A program made the position numbers and the translations under genes. This document shows positions 19,864 through 30,142 of a stretch of DNA of 64,000 nt, piece after piece (the stretch's first letter is position 1; each line of letters starts with the position of its first letter). Source of the DNA: a virus (lineage: Duplodnaviria; Caudoviricetes); the IMG/VR virus record IMGVR_UViG_3300025913_000034, positions 863 to 64,862 of that record; one strand, 5' to 3'. A model generated the notes under the pieces. That model saw only the letters and a list, made by a program, of their open reading frames with translations. It was not told where the DNA came from and did not search any database.

Positions 19864-20319
19864 ATGGATATCGCCGAGTTCCTGACCGCGCGCTTCAACG
19901 AGGAATACGCCGACGCGATCGCCGCGCAGGCAGCCGACCCCGCACCGTGGCGTGCGGATGCCGATGATGCCAGGTTGTCCGGGAACCGCAGCGGACATGG
20001 CTTCGGCCTCGTCATCGCCGCCGATGACGAGGCGCTGTGGGACTGCGAGGGCTCCAGCACGCTGTGCATGACCGCGCCGACCGCACGGCACGTCGCCCGC
20101 TGGGACCCGGCCCACGTCCTGCGCGAGGTGGAGGCGAAGCATGCGATTATCCGCCAGTACGTGGATGCCGTCACAGCCGCCGACGAGGAAAAGTTCGACG
20201 AGCAAGGCTATGTGGCGGACGGTATCGTCCTGGCGCTCGGTGCCGTCCTTGAGCACCTCGCCGCGCCCTACGCCGGCCACCCGGACTTCGAACCGAGGTG
20301 GTGGAAGCCCGGTCAGTAG
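19864..20319 (+). CDS. DUF6221-like protein
   Basis: EFLTARFNEE...ARHVARWDPAHVLREVEAKHAII...LAAPYAGHPDFEPRW. Confidence 0.75.
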   Translation: MDIAEFLTARFNEEYADAIAAQAADPAPWRADADDARLSGNRSGHGFGLVIAADDEALWDCEGSSTLCMTAPTARHVARWDPAHVLREVEAKHAIIRQYVDAVTAADEEKFDEQGYVADGIVLALGAVLEHLAAPYAGHPDFEPRWWKPGQ

Positions 20320-21116
20320 CGCGCCGCATTCCGATCAGCACCCGGCTCGGCGTACCGTGTGACCCACCGTTCCGAGGGGGGACACAGTGGGCACACAACC
20401 GGCACGTCGCACCGGCTGGCTCTACCAGCTGCCGCCATGGCGCGCACCCAGGCTACGCCGGCACCACCATCACCACACCGGCATTGTCGAGGCCTTCGCC
20501 CTCATGATGGGCCTGTTCCTCTACGCCCTGTTCTTCTTCGAGATCTGGATGCTCGAAGCGCTGCTGTGGGCCGCGATCTGGGGTGCCATCGGCGCGACCG
20601 CCGCCGGCCGGTGGATGTGGCGGCGCAACCCGATCGGCCGCACCATCGACCAAGCCCACGACGCCAAGCTGCGACGCCTGCCGCGCCGCTACGACCCCGA
20701 CGGCACTGCGCCGACCCTGATCGACCTCGGCGCGTTCGACGGCCGCGAACGGCCCCGCACGTAGGATCAGCACCGTGACCGACGCGGACAGCTGTAAACC
20801 GTCGCTCGCCGAGAGCCTGGACGCCGCCTCCGGCCCGCTCAGGCGGCTCGGAGCGATCAGCGCCCAGGTGAAGCTGTCGGCGATCCCCGCCGACGCCGCC
20901 TGCTGCTGCCTGTGCTCCATCTACGAGCCACACACCTGCGACGGCTGGCGCGCCAAGGATGCCGTTCGCACGGTCCCCGGCGACAAGCTCTTCGGCCACC
21001 AGCTGCCGGACGTCGAGGTCCCCGTCTGCCACGGCTGCGCCAAAGTGCAGCTCAGAACCGGCTGACAGCCTGCGGATACTGGCTCCCGACGTCAACAGCG
21101 CCTCGGGAGGCCAGAA

Positions 21117-21419
21117 GTGACAGAACAGCTCCGCATCGCCGACATCGCACGCCTACGCGGCTGCACACCGGCAACCATCAGCGCCTGGCGGGCCCAGTCC
21201 GCACCCGGCAAGCGCCTGGCCGACAACCCGTTCCCGGCCCCGGACGGCCAGGACGGCCGCTCGCCGCTGTGGAACGCCGACCGCGCCGACGAACTGGCCG
21301 CGTGGGAGCCGACGACCCCGGCCACCGCCGAGGAACCTGCGATGCCGGACGAGCCCGCAGCCGCGGAGGATCCAGCGGCCGCCGAGCGCGAGCAGAAGCG
21401 CCCCCGGCGGTTCTACTGA
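21117..21419 (+). CDS. AlpA/MerR-like HTH DNA-binding protein
   Basis: IADIARLRGCTPATISAWR...PFPAPDG..GRSPLW. Confidence 0.65.
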   Translation: MTEQLRIADIARLRGCTPATISAWRAQSAPGKRLADNPFPAPDGQDGRSPLWNADRADELAAWEPTTPATAEEPAMPDEPAAAEDPAAAEREQKRPRRFY

Positions 21420-22423
21420 TGGCGGCGGACGTAAAGAAGGAAGAGCCGAAGCTGCACGCCTACTCGGTGAACTATCGTGCGCGCGGCGACCGCGACGCCC
21501 TGATCGACCGAGGCTTCTGGATCCACAACCTGCCGCGCATTGTGCTGACGTGTCGCCTTCGCGGCCACAAGCCCGTCGTCGACGGCACCGAAGGCGGCCC
21601 CTACCGCCCCGGGTACCGCTGGGTGTGCTGTGATCGGTGCGGGCTACGGACGAACCCTCAGATGGAACTCGACCCGGACCGCTGGTCTATCGGCGACCCA
21701 TACCCGGACGTTCCTTCCGGGGCGTGGCCGGCTGCCCGCGGAACGCTCGGCGGGCAGCTGCAGCTTGGCCGCCGCCGGTCGGCAACGTTCGCCATCCACA
21801 TGGAAGTCGGGTACGGCGGCAGCGAGGACGTTCTCGCCGCCCACGTCGCACTCGGCCCCCTGGGCGCGCTGTACCTGCACACCGAAGGCTTCGGCACCGG
21901 GGTACAGCGCCGGCTGAACCCGGTCGGCTACCAATCCCGCGTCACCGAGCTCGGAGTGGCCGACGCGTTGCTTTACTGGCGCCTCTGGGCCCCGGGCGAC
22001 GGTTGGTCCCAAGACACTCCGCGGTGGCGGCACGGCTTCACCTCGGTCGGTGTGCGAGACCGACTGCTCGGGCCCGTCAGGTTCTCCTACGAGGTGCACG
22101 CGGAAGCGACCGGAACGGTCCGGATGCCCGACGGCGACGACTATCCGGTCACGCTGCGCCTGGAACGGCAGACACGCAAGCGCAAGCATGGCCGCGCCGT
22201 GCGGTGCTGGCGTGCTGACTGGTCGAGCCTCAAGGGGATCCCGATCGGCTTCGACGGCTCAATCTCAGCCGCGTCCGTACCCGTGTCCGATGCCGCCATC
22301 GAGGAGGGTGGCTGGGCCCAGTGGGCCCACGAGGCGTGCGCGGCGATCGCCGCCAACATCAGTGCCGAACGAGCCAAACGGGGATGGACAGCGGCACCCG
22401 AGGCCACTGCGGACCCCGACTGA
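21419..22423 (+). CDS. Hypothetical protein with CxxC motif
   Basis: TGATG coupling; CRLRGHKP...CCDRCG. Confidence 0.6.
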   Translation: MAADVKKEEPKLHAYSVNYRARGDRDALIDRGFWIHNLPRIVLTCRLRGHKPVVDGTEGGPYRPGYRWVCCDRCGLRTNPQMELDPDRWSIGDPYPDVPSGAWPAARGTLGGQLQLGRRRSATFAIHMEVGYGGSEDVLAAHVALGPLGALYLHTEGFGTGVQRRLNPVGYQSRVTELGVADALLYWRLWAPGDGWSQDTPRWRHGFTSVGVRDRLLGPVRFSYEVHAEATGTVRMPDGDDYPVTLRLERQTRKRKHGRAVRCWRADWSSLKGIPIGFDGSISAASVPVSDAAIEEGGWAQWAHEACAAIAANISAERAKRGWTAAPEATADPD

Positions 22424-22496
22424 CGACACCGAGGCCGCTTGAAGCCGCCGAGACGATGTGATCCTCATCAGTCACATCGGCATTCGGGAGCAGACA

Positions 22497-23189
22497 GTGG
22501 CCGAACTCGTCGTCATCGTGCCCTCGCGCGGGCGGCCGCGCAGTATCGCAGCCCTGGCGCAGGACTTCGCGGCAACCGCCGGCCCGGAAGCGCGGATGGT
22601 GGTCGCCGTCGACAACGACGATCCGGAGCTGGCGGCGTACCAGAGGCTGCCGCTGTGGGACATGCCCCAGTTCCATCTGCGCGAAGGCGGGCGGCTGCGT
22701 CTCGGTGGGACGCTGAACGAGGTCGCCGCCGAATACGTCGGCTTCTACGACGTGATCGGCTTCATGGGCGACGACCACCGGCCCCGCACTGACGGCTGGG
22801 CGCTGGAAGTGCTGACGGAGATGAAGTGGCCCGGCGCCGGCATCGTCTACGGCAATGACCTGCTCCAACGCGACCAGCTGCCTACCGCCGTCTTCATGCG
22901 GCCCGCGATCATCAAGGCTCTGGGCTGGATGGCGCTCCCGGGCCTGGTGCACCTCTATATCGATAACGTCTGGCTCGAACTGGGCCGCGCGACCGGTCAG
23001 CTTCGATACCTGCCGAACGTGGTGATCGAGCACATGCACCCGGCGGCCGGGAAAGCCCAGCGTGACGCCGGCTACGACGAGGTGAACGCTCCCGCGCTGG
23101 ACGCCGCCGACAAGGTTGTGTTCGAGCGCTGGCGCACCGAGCAGCTCGCGGCGGACGTTGAGCGGCTGCGCGCGGCAGGGATCTGCTGA
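22497..23189 (+). CDS. Glycosyltransferase (GT-A/GT2-like)
   Basis: VVIVPSRGRP, VAVDNDD, FMGDDH (DxD-like), IEHMHP. Confidence 0.85.
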   Translation: MAELVVIVPSRGRPRSIAALAQDFAATAGPEARMVVAVDNDDPELAAYQRLPLWDMPQFHLREGGRLRLGGTLNEVAAEYVGFYDVIGFMGDDHRPRTDGWALEVLTEMKWPGAGIVYGNDLLQRDQLPTAVFMRPAIIKALGWMALPGLVHLYIDNVWLELGRATGQLRYLPNVVIEHMHPAAGKAQRDAGYDEVNAPALDAADKVVFERWRTEQLAADVERLRAAGIC

Positions 23190-23758
23190 TGCGCCGCCAG
23201 CTCCGCCCGTTCTACACGCCCGAGCAGCGCGCCGCCCTGTACTCCCGCACCTACGATCACACCCGCTGGCCGGACCACGTCGAACGCGTCGCGTACACCA
23301 CCGCGGTGCTGGACCGGCTCGGCGCCGAGCTCCAGGCCGAGGAGCTCGGTGCAACGCTGAGCGTGGCGGATCTGTCCTGCGGCAACGGTGCGATCGTGAA
23401 GGGCAGCAGCCACCCCTGGGGGCGCCGCGTCCTGTCTGACATTGCAGCTGGCGGGCCGCCCATCCAGGACGCGGTCGCCGCGCTGAAGCCGGTCGACGTC
23501 TTCGTGTGCTCCGAGACCCTTGAGCACGTCGAAGACCCGGACGCGCTGCTCGCCGCGATCCGCGGCAAGGCTCGCGCGCTGCTGCTGACGACCCCGGCCG
23601 GCGAGGCCGACGACTCCAACCCCGAGCACTACTGGCCCTGGAACGTCGAGGACGTCGCCGACATGCTCAAGCGCGCCGGCTGGGACGACCGCATCGTCAC
23701 CACCTTCACCCCGCGGTCGGTGTCTCTCTACACCTTCCAGATTTGGACGTGCCGCTGA
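23189..23758 (+). CDS. Class I SAM-dependent methyltransferase
   Basis: VADLSCGNG, DVFVCSETLEHVEDP, LLLTTP. Confidence 0.85.
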   Translation: MRRQLRPFYTPEQRAALYSRTYDHTRWPDHVERVAYTTAVLDRLGAELQAEELGATLSVADLSCGNGAIVKGSSHPWGRRVLSDIAAGGPPIQDAVAALKPVDVFVCSETLEHVEDPDALLAAIRGKARALLLTTPAGEADDSNPEHYWPWNVEDVADMLKRAGWDDRIVTTFTPRSVSLYTFQIWTCR

Positions 23759-24699
23759 TGCGTGTTCTGGTCACCGGCTCTGCCGGCTTCGTGGGACGTC
23801 ATATGGTCAAGGCGTTCGCCGCGCGCGGGGACTCGGTGTTCGGGATCGACGTGGTCGACGAGCCGAACGCCGAATACTCGCTGGTTATGGACGCCCTGGA
23901 CTACTTCCGGCGGCCGTGGTCCGGGCCCGGTTTCGATCTGGCGGTGCATTGCGCGGCGACGATCGGCGGCCGCGCCGGCATCGACGGTTCGCCGCTGGCG
24001 GTGGCCACGAACGCGGCACTGGACGCCTGGTTCTTCCGGTGGCTGGAACAGGCGCAGGTGCCGCAGGCGGTGTACTTCTCCAGCTCGGCCGCATACCCGG
24101 TGGCCCTACAGAACGACATCGCAGCGGTGCAGGAGCTTCACGAGAGCCGCATTCGGCCTGACCTTCCCACTATCGGCCGCCCGGACGCGACCTATGGCTG
24201 GACGAAGTTGTTCGGCGAGGTGCTGGCGCAGACAGCCCGCTCGCGCGGCCAGCAGGTGCTGGTGGTGCGTCCGTTCTCCGGCTACGGCTCCGACCAGAGC
24301 AGCGACTACCCGTTCCCGGCGCTTCTTCGGCGTGTCCTGGACTCCAAGCCGGGCGATCACGTCGAGGTGTGGGGGAACCCGGAGTCGGCCCGCGACTGGA
24401 TCCACATCGACGACATCGTTGGCGCGGTCCTGGCGTTGCTGGCCGCCGGCGAATCGGGCCCGGTGAACCTCGGGACAGGCCGCGCAACCACCTTCCGCGC
24501 CCTGGTCGGGGAGATGGCGGGAGCCGCGTTCGGCTGGCCGCATCAGCGCCACGTGCGCAGCGTCAGCGGCCAGCCAGAAGGCGTCCTGTGGCGCGTCGCC
24601 GACGCGTCGATGATGGAGCGGTTCTACAAGCCCCAGGTCCCGCTGCACGAGGGTATCCAGCGGGCGATCGATGCGGCGCGGGCAGGCGCCGATGCCTGA
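23758..24699 (+). CDS. NAD-dependent epimerase/dehydratase (extended SDR)
   Basis: VLVTGSAGFVG, FSSSAAY, YGWTK (YxxxK), RDWIHIDD, VNLGTG. Confidence 0.92.
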   Translation: MRVLVTGSAGFVGRHMVKAFAARGDSVFGIDVVDEPNAEYSLVMDALDYFRRPWSGPGFDLAVHCAATIGGRAGIDGSPLAVATNAALDAWFFRWLEQAQVPQAVYFSSSAAYPVALQNDIAAVQELHESRIRPDLPTIGRPDATYGWTKLFGEVLAQTARSRGQQVLVVRPFSGYGSDQSSDYPFPALLRRVLDSKPGDHVEVWGNPESARDWIHIDDIVGAVLALLAAGESGPVNLGTGRATTFRALVGEMAGAAFGWPHQRHVRSVSGQPEGVLWRVADASMMERFYKPQVPLHEGIQRAIDAARAGADA

Positions 24700-25330
24700 C
24701 CGACTGTCGGTTGCGGTGGTGGTGGCGACGATCCCCGGCCGCGAGGAGCTCCTCGAGGAGGCGCTGGCATCGATCGCGGCCCAGCACCGGCAACCAGAGC
24801 AGGTGGTGGTCGAGTACGACCCGAACCGCACCGGGGCGGCGGCGACACGGAACCGGGCGCTGGCCCAGGTCGATACGGACCTGGTGGCGTGGCTCGACGA
24901 CGACGACCTGCTCCTGCGGAACCACATCGGGGCGCTGGCGCGGGTGCTCGAGCACGAGCCGGACGTCGGGCTGGTGTATCCGGCGCCGCGCGCGACCGGC
25001 CCGGAGCCGACAGCGGTGACAGTCAACGGCGTGTGGCGCAAGCCGTGGGGTGTCGAGTTCGGCCCCGAACAGGCCATGCACCTGCGCGAACGCGGCTCTT
25101 TCATCCCCATCACACACATGGTCCGCACCGCGGCGGTGCGCGCGGTCGGCGGGTTCCCCGAAGGCGTGACGCTGCCGGACGGCCGGTACCGCGGTGAGGA
25201 TGAGGCACTACTGATCGCGCTCCTGGAATCCGGCATCTGGTTCCGGCACCTGAACGTAACCACGTGGGTGTGGCGGGTCTGGGACGGTCACACCGCCGGC
25301 AAGGCCGCATCGGCGCGGGCGGCGCGGTGA
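24692..25330 (+). CDS. Glycosyltransferase family 2
   Basis: VVVATIPGR, ATRNRAL, AWLDDDD, VGGF, GED. Confidence 0.88.
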   Translation: MPDRLSVAVVVATIPGREELLEEALASIAAQHRQPEQVVVEYDPNRTGAAATRNRALAQVDTDLVAWLDDDDLLLRNHIGALARVLEHEPDVGLVYPAPRATGPEPTAVTVNGVWRKPWGVEFGPEQAMHLRERGSFIPITHMVRTAAVRAVGGFPEGVTLPDGRYRGEDEALLIALLESGIWFRHLNVTTWVWRVWDGHTAGKAASARAAR

Positions 25331-26385
25331 GCAACGACCAGGCCCCAGCGCGGCTGCCGCGCGTATTCGGGTGGCTCGCCGACATCCAGGGCTGCGGATA
25401 CTGGCGCATCATGATCCCGCTGGCTGAGCTTCAGCGACGAGGAATCGCAGACACCGCCTACAACCTGCGGATGCACTCGGAGTTCTGCGACGGCAGCCAC
25501 CCCGACAACTTGAAGGTCCGCGGCGACGGCGACCCCATCATCATGATCGGGCAGCGGCTGTGTGAACCCACCCCGTCGGCGACGTGGCGCAAGTTCGCAG
25601 ACCACCCGCGGTTCCGGCTCGTGCTGGACCTGGACGACGACCTACTGAACATCGACCCCGCGAACCGGCTCGCGCACCAGGCGTTCTCCGACCCGGACCG
25701 GCGCCGCCACCTCATCGAGAACATGGCCATCGCGCACCTGGTGACCGTGTCCACCGAGCCGCTGGCCGAGCAGGTGAGCCGGTACAACCCGAACGTGGCG
25801 GTGGTCCCGAACTTCATCGACGCGGCCGCCCTGACCTACCCCAGGCCCTCATTCGCCGGGCCCGCTGTCGGCTGGGCCGGGTCGTCGACGCACGCCGCCG
25901 ACTTCGACGCGGCACGGCCGGCGCTTCGCCGGTTCTACCGCGACAACCCGCGGGTGTGGTGGTCCTCCTTCGGCCACAACTACGGCCTGACCACCGGCGC
26001 GACACGGCTAAGGCACGCCCGCTGGCAGGACATCGTGAACAGCCCGAACCGCTACTACGAGAACTTCACCTGGGACATCGGGATCGCGCCGCTTGCGGAC
26101 ACCCTGTTCAACGCCTCGAAGTCGCACCTGAAAGCGCTGGAGTACGCCTCGATGGGGATTCCGGCGGTCGCCTCGAACCTGGCGCCGTACCGCGACATCG
26201 TCGTCGACGGCGTGACCGGGTTCCTGGCCTCCAAGCCGGGCCAGTGGGCTGATGCGCTGACGCTGCTGGCGCGGGACGAGGATCTGCGCCGCACCATGGG
26301 CGAGGCGGCCCGTCGGTGGGCTGCCGAGTGGACCATCCAGGGCAACATCGGCCGCTGGGTCGAGGTGCTGTCGACGCTGACATAG
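25327..26385 (+). CDS. Glycosyltransferase GT-B (GT4-like)
   Basis: GCGYWRI, DLDDD, VGWAGSSTH, DIGIAPL...FNASKSHLKALEY, PYRDIVVDGVTGFL. Confidence 0.88.
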   Translation: MSNDQAPARLPRVFGWLADIQGCGYWRIMIPLAELQRRGIADTAYNLRMHSEFCDGSHPDNLKVRGDGDPIIMIGQRLCEPTPSATWRKFADHPRFRLVLDLDDDLLNIDPANRLAHQAFSDPDRRRHLIENMAIAHLVTVSTEPLAEQVSRYNPNVAVVPNFIDAAALTYPRPSFAGPAVGWAGSSTHAADFDAARPALRRFYRDNPRVWWSSFGHNYGLTTGATRLRHARWQDIVNSPNRYYENFTWDIGIAPLADTLFNASKSHLKALEYASMGIPAVASNLAPYRDIVVDGVTGFLASKPGQWADALTLLARDEDLRRTMGEAARRWAAEWTIQGNIGRWVEVLSTLT

Positions 26386-26423
26386 AGCGCGGCCCCGAGC
26401 CGCCGCTGCTGCGGGGCCGCGCT
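26386..26423. terminator. Hairpin at the convergence of the glycosylation and structural operons
   Basis: AGCGCGGCCCCG/CGGGGCCGCGCT inverted repeat. Confidence 0.6.
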
Positions 26424-26439
26424 GGCCGGACGCGGTCCC

Positions 26440-27012
26440 CTACGCGCCCGGGGCCGGAGCCGGGGTGGCCGGCGGCTGGTCGACCGGCGTCCCCTCGGTG
26501 ATCTTCAGGGCGACGGCGTCGCCGGTGATGACGTCGATGGTGTCGGTGACGGTCAGGCCGTTGTTGTCGGTCGCCGTGAGCACGACGCCGACGGCCGGGC
26601 TGTTCGCGACCACCGTGACGGTCTTGCCGTCCGGCGCCGGCACCAGCGTCACCGCGGTGGTGTCCGAGGCGGTCCAGGAGATGGTGTCGCCGACGACGTC
26701 GAAGCCCTTGGCGTCGACGGCCTCGACCGCGAGGTCGACCTGCTGGGTGTCCTTCAGCTGCATGGCAGTGCCCTTTCTGATCGGCCAGCCGTCGATGACG
26801 CGCTTGCCGTTGACGATTTCGGAGACCATCCCGGCGGTGAGAACGAGCCGCACCGCGGGGTCCTCGGCGGTAAGCCACTGGTAGAACTGGTCGGCGCTGT
26901 GGAGGACGTTGTGGGTCCTCATCTGCGGCGGCACGTACATGCAGTCAGCGGCTGCGGTCCGGCTGGCGGCTTCCAGAGCGGCGATACGCAGGACTGTGCG
27001 GTCGTGGTCCAC
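26440..27012 (-). CDS. Ig-like domain protein (possible second in-frame start at 26763)
   Basis: VDAKG...ISWTASDTTAVTL pattern of Big-2-like domains. Confidence 0.55.
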   Translation of the reverse strand: MDHDRTVLRIAALEAASRTAAADCMYVPPQMRTHNVLHSADQFYQWLTAEDPAVRLVLTAGMVSEIVNGKRVIDGWPIRKGTAMQLKDTQQVDLAVEAVDAKGFDVVGDTISWTASDTTAVTLVPAPDGKTVTVVANSPAVGVVLTATDNNGLTVTDTIDVITGDAVALKITEGTPVDQPPATPAPAPGA

Positions 27013-27078
27013 CAGGTGCCTTCCTCGGGTTGGCGGGGTTCCCTCCTGATGGAATCGGCGCCGTCAACACCGCCGCCG

Positions 27079-28275
27079 TCACGCCGCCAGGCAGAACTTC
27101 GAAGGGTCGGCGCTGTTGCCCAGCACCGCTGCGCCGGCCGAGGACGGGTGCAGGTGGTCGCCGGAGTCGTATGCCGCCTTCAGCGCGCCGCCCGCGTCGA
27201 CCGCGTTGTCGAAGTCGATGATCCCGTCGGCGCCGGTGGTTCCGGACCTGACCCACGCGTTGTAGGCGGCCCACTGCGCGGCCTCGGCGGAACTGCTTCC
27301 GGCTGAGCCCACATCGGAGGTGAGCGTCGTCAGGTAGTACCGCAGGCCGGCCGCGTGCGTCGCTGCGATCAGCTTCAGCTTGGCGGCGATCAGCGTCTGC
27401 GCGGAGACCCCGGCCCGCAGGTCATTGATCCCGCCGGCGTCCACCACCGCGCACACGCCCGGCTGGCCAAGGACGTCGACCGTCCAGCGGTTCACCTCGG
27501 ACAGCGCGAAGCTCTGATCGAACGTCACGGCGCTGCCGGAGATGCCCTGATCGGTCACGGCCAGCCCGGCGGCCGCCGCCCGCTCGGCAAGGTAGTCCGG
27601 CCAGCGGGTATCGGTGTCGCCGTCGGTGCGGTACCCGTCGGTGATGCTGTCGCCGATCGCGACTACCGTCGACGGCGTACCGGCCGGGACGTCCAGGCCG
27701 TCGAGGAGCGCGTAGAAGGAGAAGCCGTTCGAGGTGGGGTAGTACTGGGTCGATGCCGCGTCAGGGCCGTTGGAGTTGTAGTTGCTCTCCTCGGCGACGT
27801 CATGGCGAGGCGCGATCATGTTCGCGCCCGGCGGCACGTAGATGCTCACAAGCAGCCGCGTCGCCGGAGCGGTCGCCAGCGGGATCGGATCCGACACCGC
27901 GGACGCGCCGGGTGCGAGCGTGAGCGCCGTGGAACCGCCGAAGGTGACGTCCAGCGGCACCGTCTCCTGCGTGGAGCCGCCGTTCATTTGCGTGCCAATG
28001 GTGACGTGGCCGATGACCGCCGCCGAGGTTGCGAAACGATCGCTCAGGTGCAGCCGCAGCTGGTCGCCGCCGAGCGACGTGCGCACGACCATCCGCAACG
28101 TCTGGCCGCCCCACGGGCCCGCAGCCGGGGCGTAGCCGAGGGCTGCGTTCCATGTTGACGTCCACCCGGTTGCGGCCGGTGCCGACGACACCAGGTGCAC
28201 TGTTGGCGTGGCCGTGCCGGCAACGCCGAAGAGCAGCAGCAGCGAGGCGAGCGCGCGAGCCGCGCGACGGATCAT
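27079..28275 (-). CDS. Secreted SGNH/GDSL hydrolase
   Basis: Signal peptide MIRRAARALASLLLLFGVAG; GDSITDG, GISG, GGIND and GDHLHP blocks. Confidence 0.88.
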   Translation of the reverse strand: MIRRAARALASLLLLFGVAGTATPTVHLVSSAPAATGWTSTWNAALGYAPAAGPWGGQTLRMVVRTSLGGDQLRLHLSDRFATSAAVIGHVTIGTQMNGGSTQETVPLDVTFGGSTALTLAPGASAVSDPIPLATAPATRLLVSIYVPPGANMIAPRHDVAEESNYNSNGPDAASTQYYPTSNGFSFYALLDGLDVPAGTPSTVVAIGDSITDGYRTDGDTDTRWPDYLAERAAAAGLAVTDQGISGSAVTFDQSFALSEVNRWTVDVLGQPGVCAVVDAGGINDLRAGVSAQTLIAAKLKLIAATHAAGLRYYLTTLTSDVGSAGSSSAEAAQWAAYNAWVRSGTTGADGIIDFDNAVDAGGALKAAYDSGDHLHPSSAGAAVLGNSADPSKFCLAA

Positions 28276-28997
28276 CAGGTCTCCCCGTAGAGGTATGCGG
28301 CCGAGCCGCCGATGAAGTTCCCGTTCAGCGGCAGCAGCGTGACCGAGGTGACGGCCACGGATTGCAGCCACAGGCCGCCGTAGGTGCCGCTGTAGCCGTC
28401 GTTGACGGCGTTCATCGACGTCGAGTGACCGGGGGTGCCCTTGAAGGTCGTGCCGGAGGCGTTCGGGATCACGAACTCTCCGGCGCCGACGTAGCCGGAC
28501 GTGGCGGTCGCCGCCGCCATGGTGCCGACCTCGACCAGGTTGGTGGCTGCGCCAGAGTTTCCGGGGCCCGAGGCCGCGTCGTGGGCCTGGCTGTTCTGCC
28601 ACAGGTAGTCGTTGCTGCTGTCGTTGTTCAGGCGAACGCACATGAACGTGGCCGGGGATGCGTTGTCGCTGCGTACGCTCCACGCCACCCGCAGCACGCT
28701 CCAGGCCGGGCCGGACGGCACCGTGAACGGGATCGAAGCCTGCGTTGTGGACAGCACCGTCTTCGCGATTAGCTGCCGCGGGTACACCCAGGCCGAGCCG
28801 TTCCAGTACGCCTCCAAGCCGGTGTCGGTCTCAAGGATCCGCATCCCGGTCACCGGCGTCGGATGGGTAGTCGAGGTGCACACGACCGACCCGAACGTCA
28901 GGTTCGCGATCTGCTGCTCGGCCGCGGCGAGACGTCTGGACAGGTCCCGGATCTTGGCCTCGAACCGCGTCTCCAACGAATCGCTGTAGTTCGTCAT
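28275..28997 (-). CDS. Minor tail protein
   Basis: N-terminal coiled coil, PVTGMRILETDTG...YWNGSAW; position at the end of the tail module. Confidence 0.7.
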   Translation of the reverse strand: MTNYSDSLETRFEAKIRDLSRRLAAAEQQIANLTFGSVVCTSTTHPTPVTGMRILETDTGLEAYWNGSAWVYPRQLIAKTVLSTTQASIPFTVPSGPAWSVLRVAWSVRSDNASPATFMCVRLNNDSSNDYLWQNSQAHDAASGPGNSGAATNLVEVGTMAAATATSGYVGAGEFVIPNASGTTFKGTPGHSTSMNAVNDGYSGTYGGLWLQSVAVTSVTLLPLNGNFIGGSAAYLYGET

Positions 28998-30136
28998 GTC
29001 GTGATGTCCCCGAACTGGAACTGCGTGGTCTCAGGGTTCCCGGAATCATTCGGCGGCTGGATCTTCCAGCCGATGATCCGCACCGTGACCTGCAGGCCCG
29101 GGGCGCCGCTGATCGGGTCGGCCGGGTGATACGGGGAGGTCGCGGCGAACTGCAGCTGATCGCCGAGCTGGATCTGGGCCGCCGTCGGTATCCCGCCGCC
29201 GGCGACCGTGATGGTGGGGATGGTGGTGCAGCCACTCAGCGCCGCGATCTTCCCGTCGGCAACCGCGTCGATCTGCGCCTGGCTGGTGACCGCCGCGGCC
29301 GTGTACGACATCGAGCTCTCCAGGAGCGGATAGCCGGATGCGACGTCGGCCGGGTTCTGGCCGTGCGCGCTGCCGGACTGCCAGGGAATCTGCCCGGACG
29401 CGCTGGCGGTGACCAGCAGGCTGTTCACAGAGTTCGACCCGACCCGCGGGAAGCCGTAGTCGGTGACGTACTGGGACGGGTAGACGAGCTGCAGGTTCGT
29501 GGCGGTCACCAGGCGCCCGATGCGCGGGGCGCCGAGGGTGAGCGTGATCTGCGGGGTGGTACCGTCGGCGCTCCAGCCCGGGGTGAAGGCGTACTCGATG
29601 CTCTGCTGCGTGCAGAACTGGTTGATGGCGTCCAGGACCTTGGTGAGGTTGGTCGCCGAGAAGCTGGCCGAGGCGTTGATGCCGGACGTCTTGGTGCCGA
29701 CGATCAGGTTCGCGACGCCGCCGTTGGTCTTGCCCAGCGCGTAGTTGAGCAGGCCCTGGACGACGGCGAACTCGTCGACGTTCGCGAAGTTCTGGTTGGC
29801 CCGGATCTCGCGGTGGCTGAACAGGCCCTCGATCTCCTCGGCTTTGATCGGCAGCTGGTTGGCGACGGCGGAGGTGTGCGGCGTGTCCCACAGGATCCCG
29901 GCCCAGATCGGCTGCCCGTCCTGGGCGACCCACAGCATGGTGCGGCGCGGTTCCAGGGCGCTGATGTACGCGGACTGGGCCACGGAGCCCAACGCACCGA
30001 GGTCGAGGTAGCCGTTCAAGACGCCCGGCTGCATCCCGCCCATGGTCGAGGAGAAGTTGGTGACGTTCAGCGGGATGGTGTCGGCGCGCAGCGCACCGGT
30101 GATGATGTCGGTTGAGAAGTAGCGGTAGGTCGACAT
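28994..30136 (-). CDS. Minor tail protein (baseplate hub/Gp37-like)
   Basis: LWVAQDGQPIWAGILW, IQLGD, VRIIGWKI; position. Confidence 0.75.
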   Translation of the reverse strand: MSTYRYFSTDIITGALRADTIPLNVTNFSSTMGGMQPGVLNGYLDLGALGSVAQSAYISALEPRRTMLWVAQDGQPIWAGILWDTPHTSAVANQLPIKAEEIEGLFSHREIRANQNFANVDEFAVVQGLLNYALGKTNGGVANLIVGTKTSGINASASFSATNLTKVLDAINQFCTQQSIEYAFTPGWSADGTTPQITLTLGAPRIGRLVTATNLQLVYPSQYVTDYGFPRVGSNSVNSLLVTASASGQIPWQSGSAHGQNPADVASGYPLLESSMSYTAAAVTSQAQIDAVADGKIAALSGCTTIPTITVAGGGIPTAAQIQLGDQLQFAATSPYHPADPISGAPGLQVTVRIIGWKIQPPNDSGNPETTQFQFGDITT

Positions 30137-30142
30137 CGGCGC

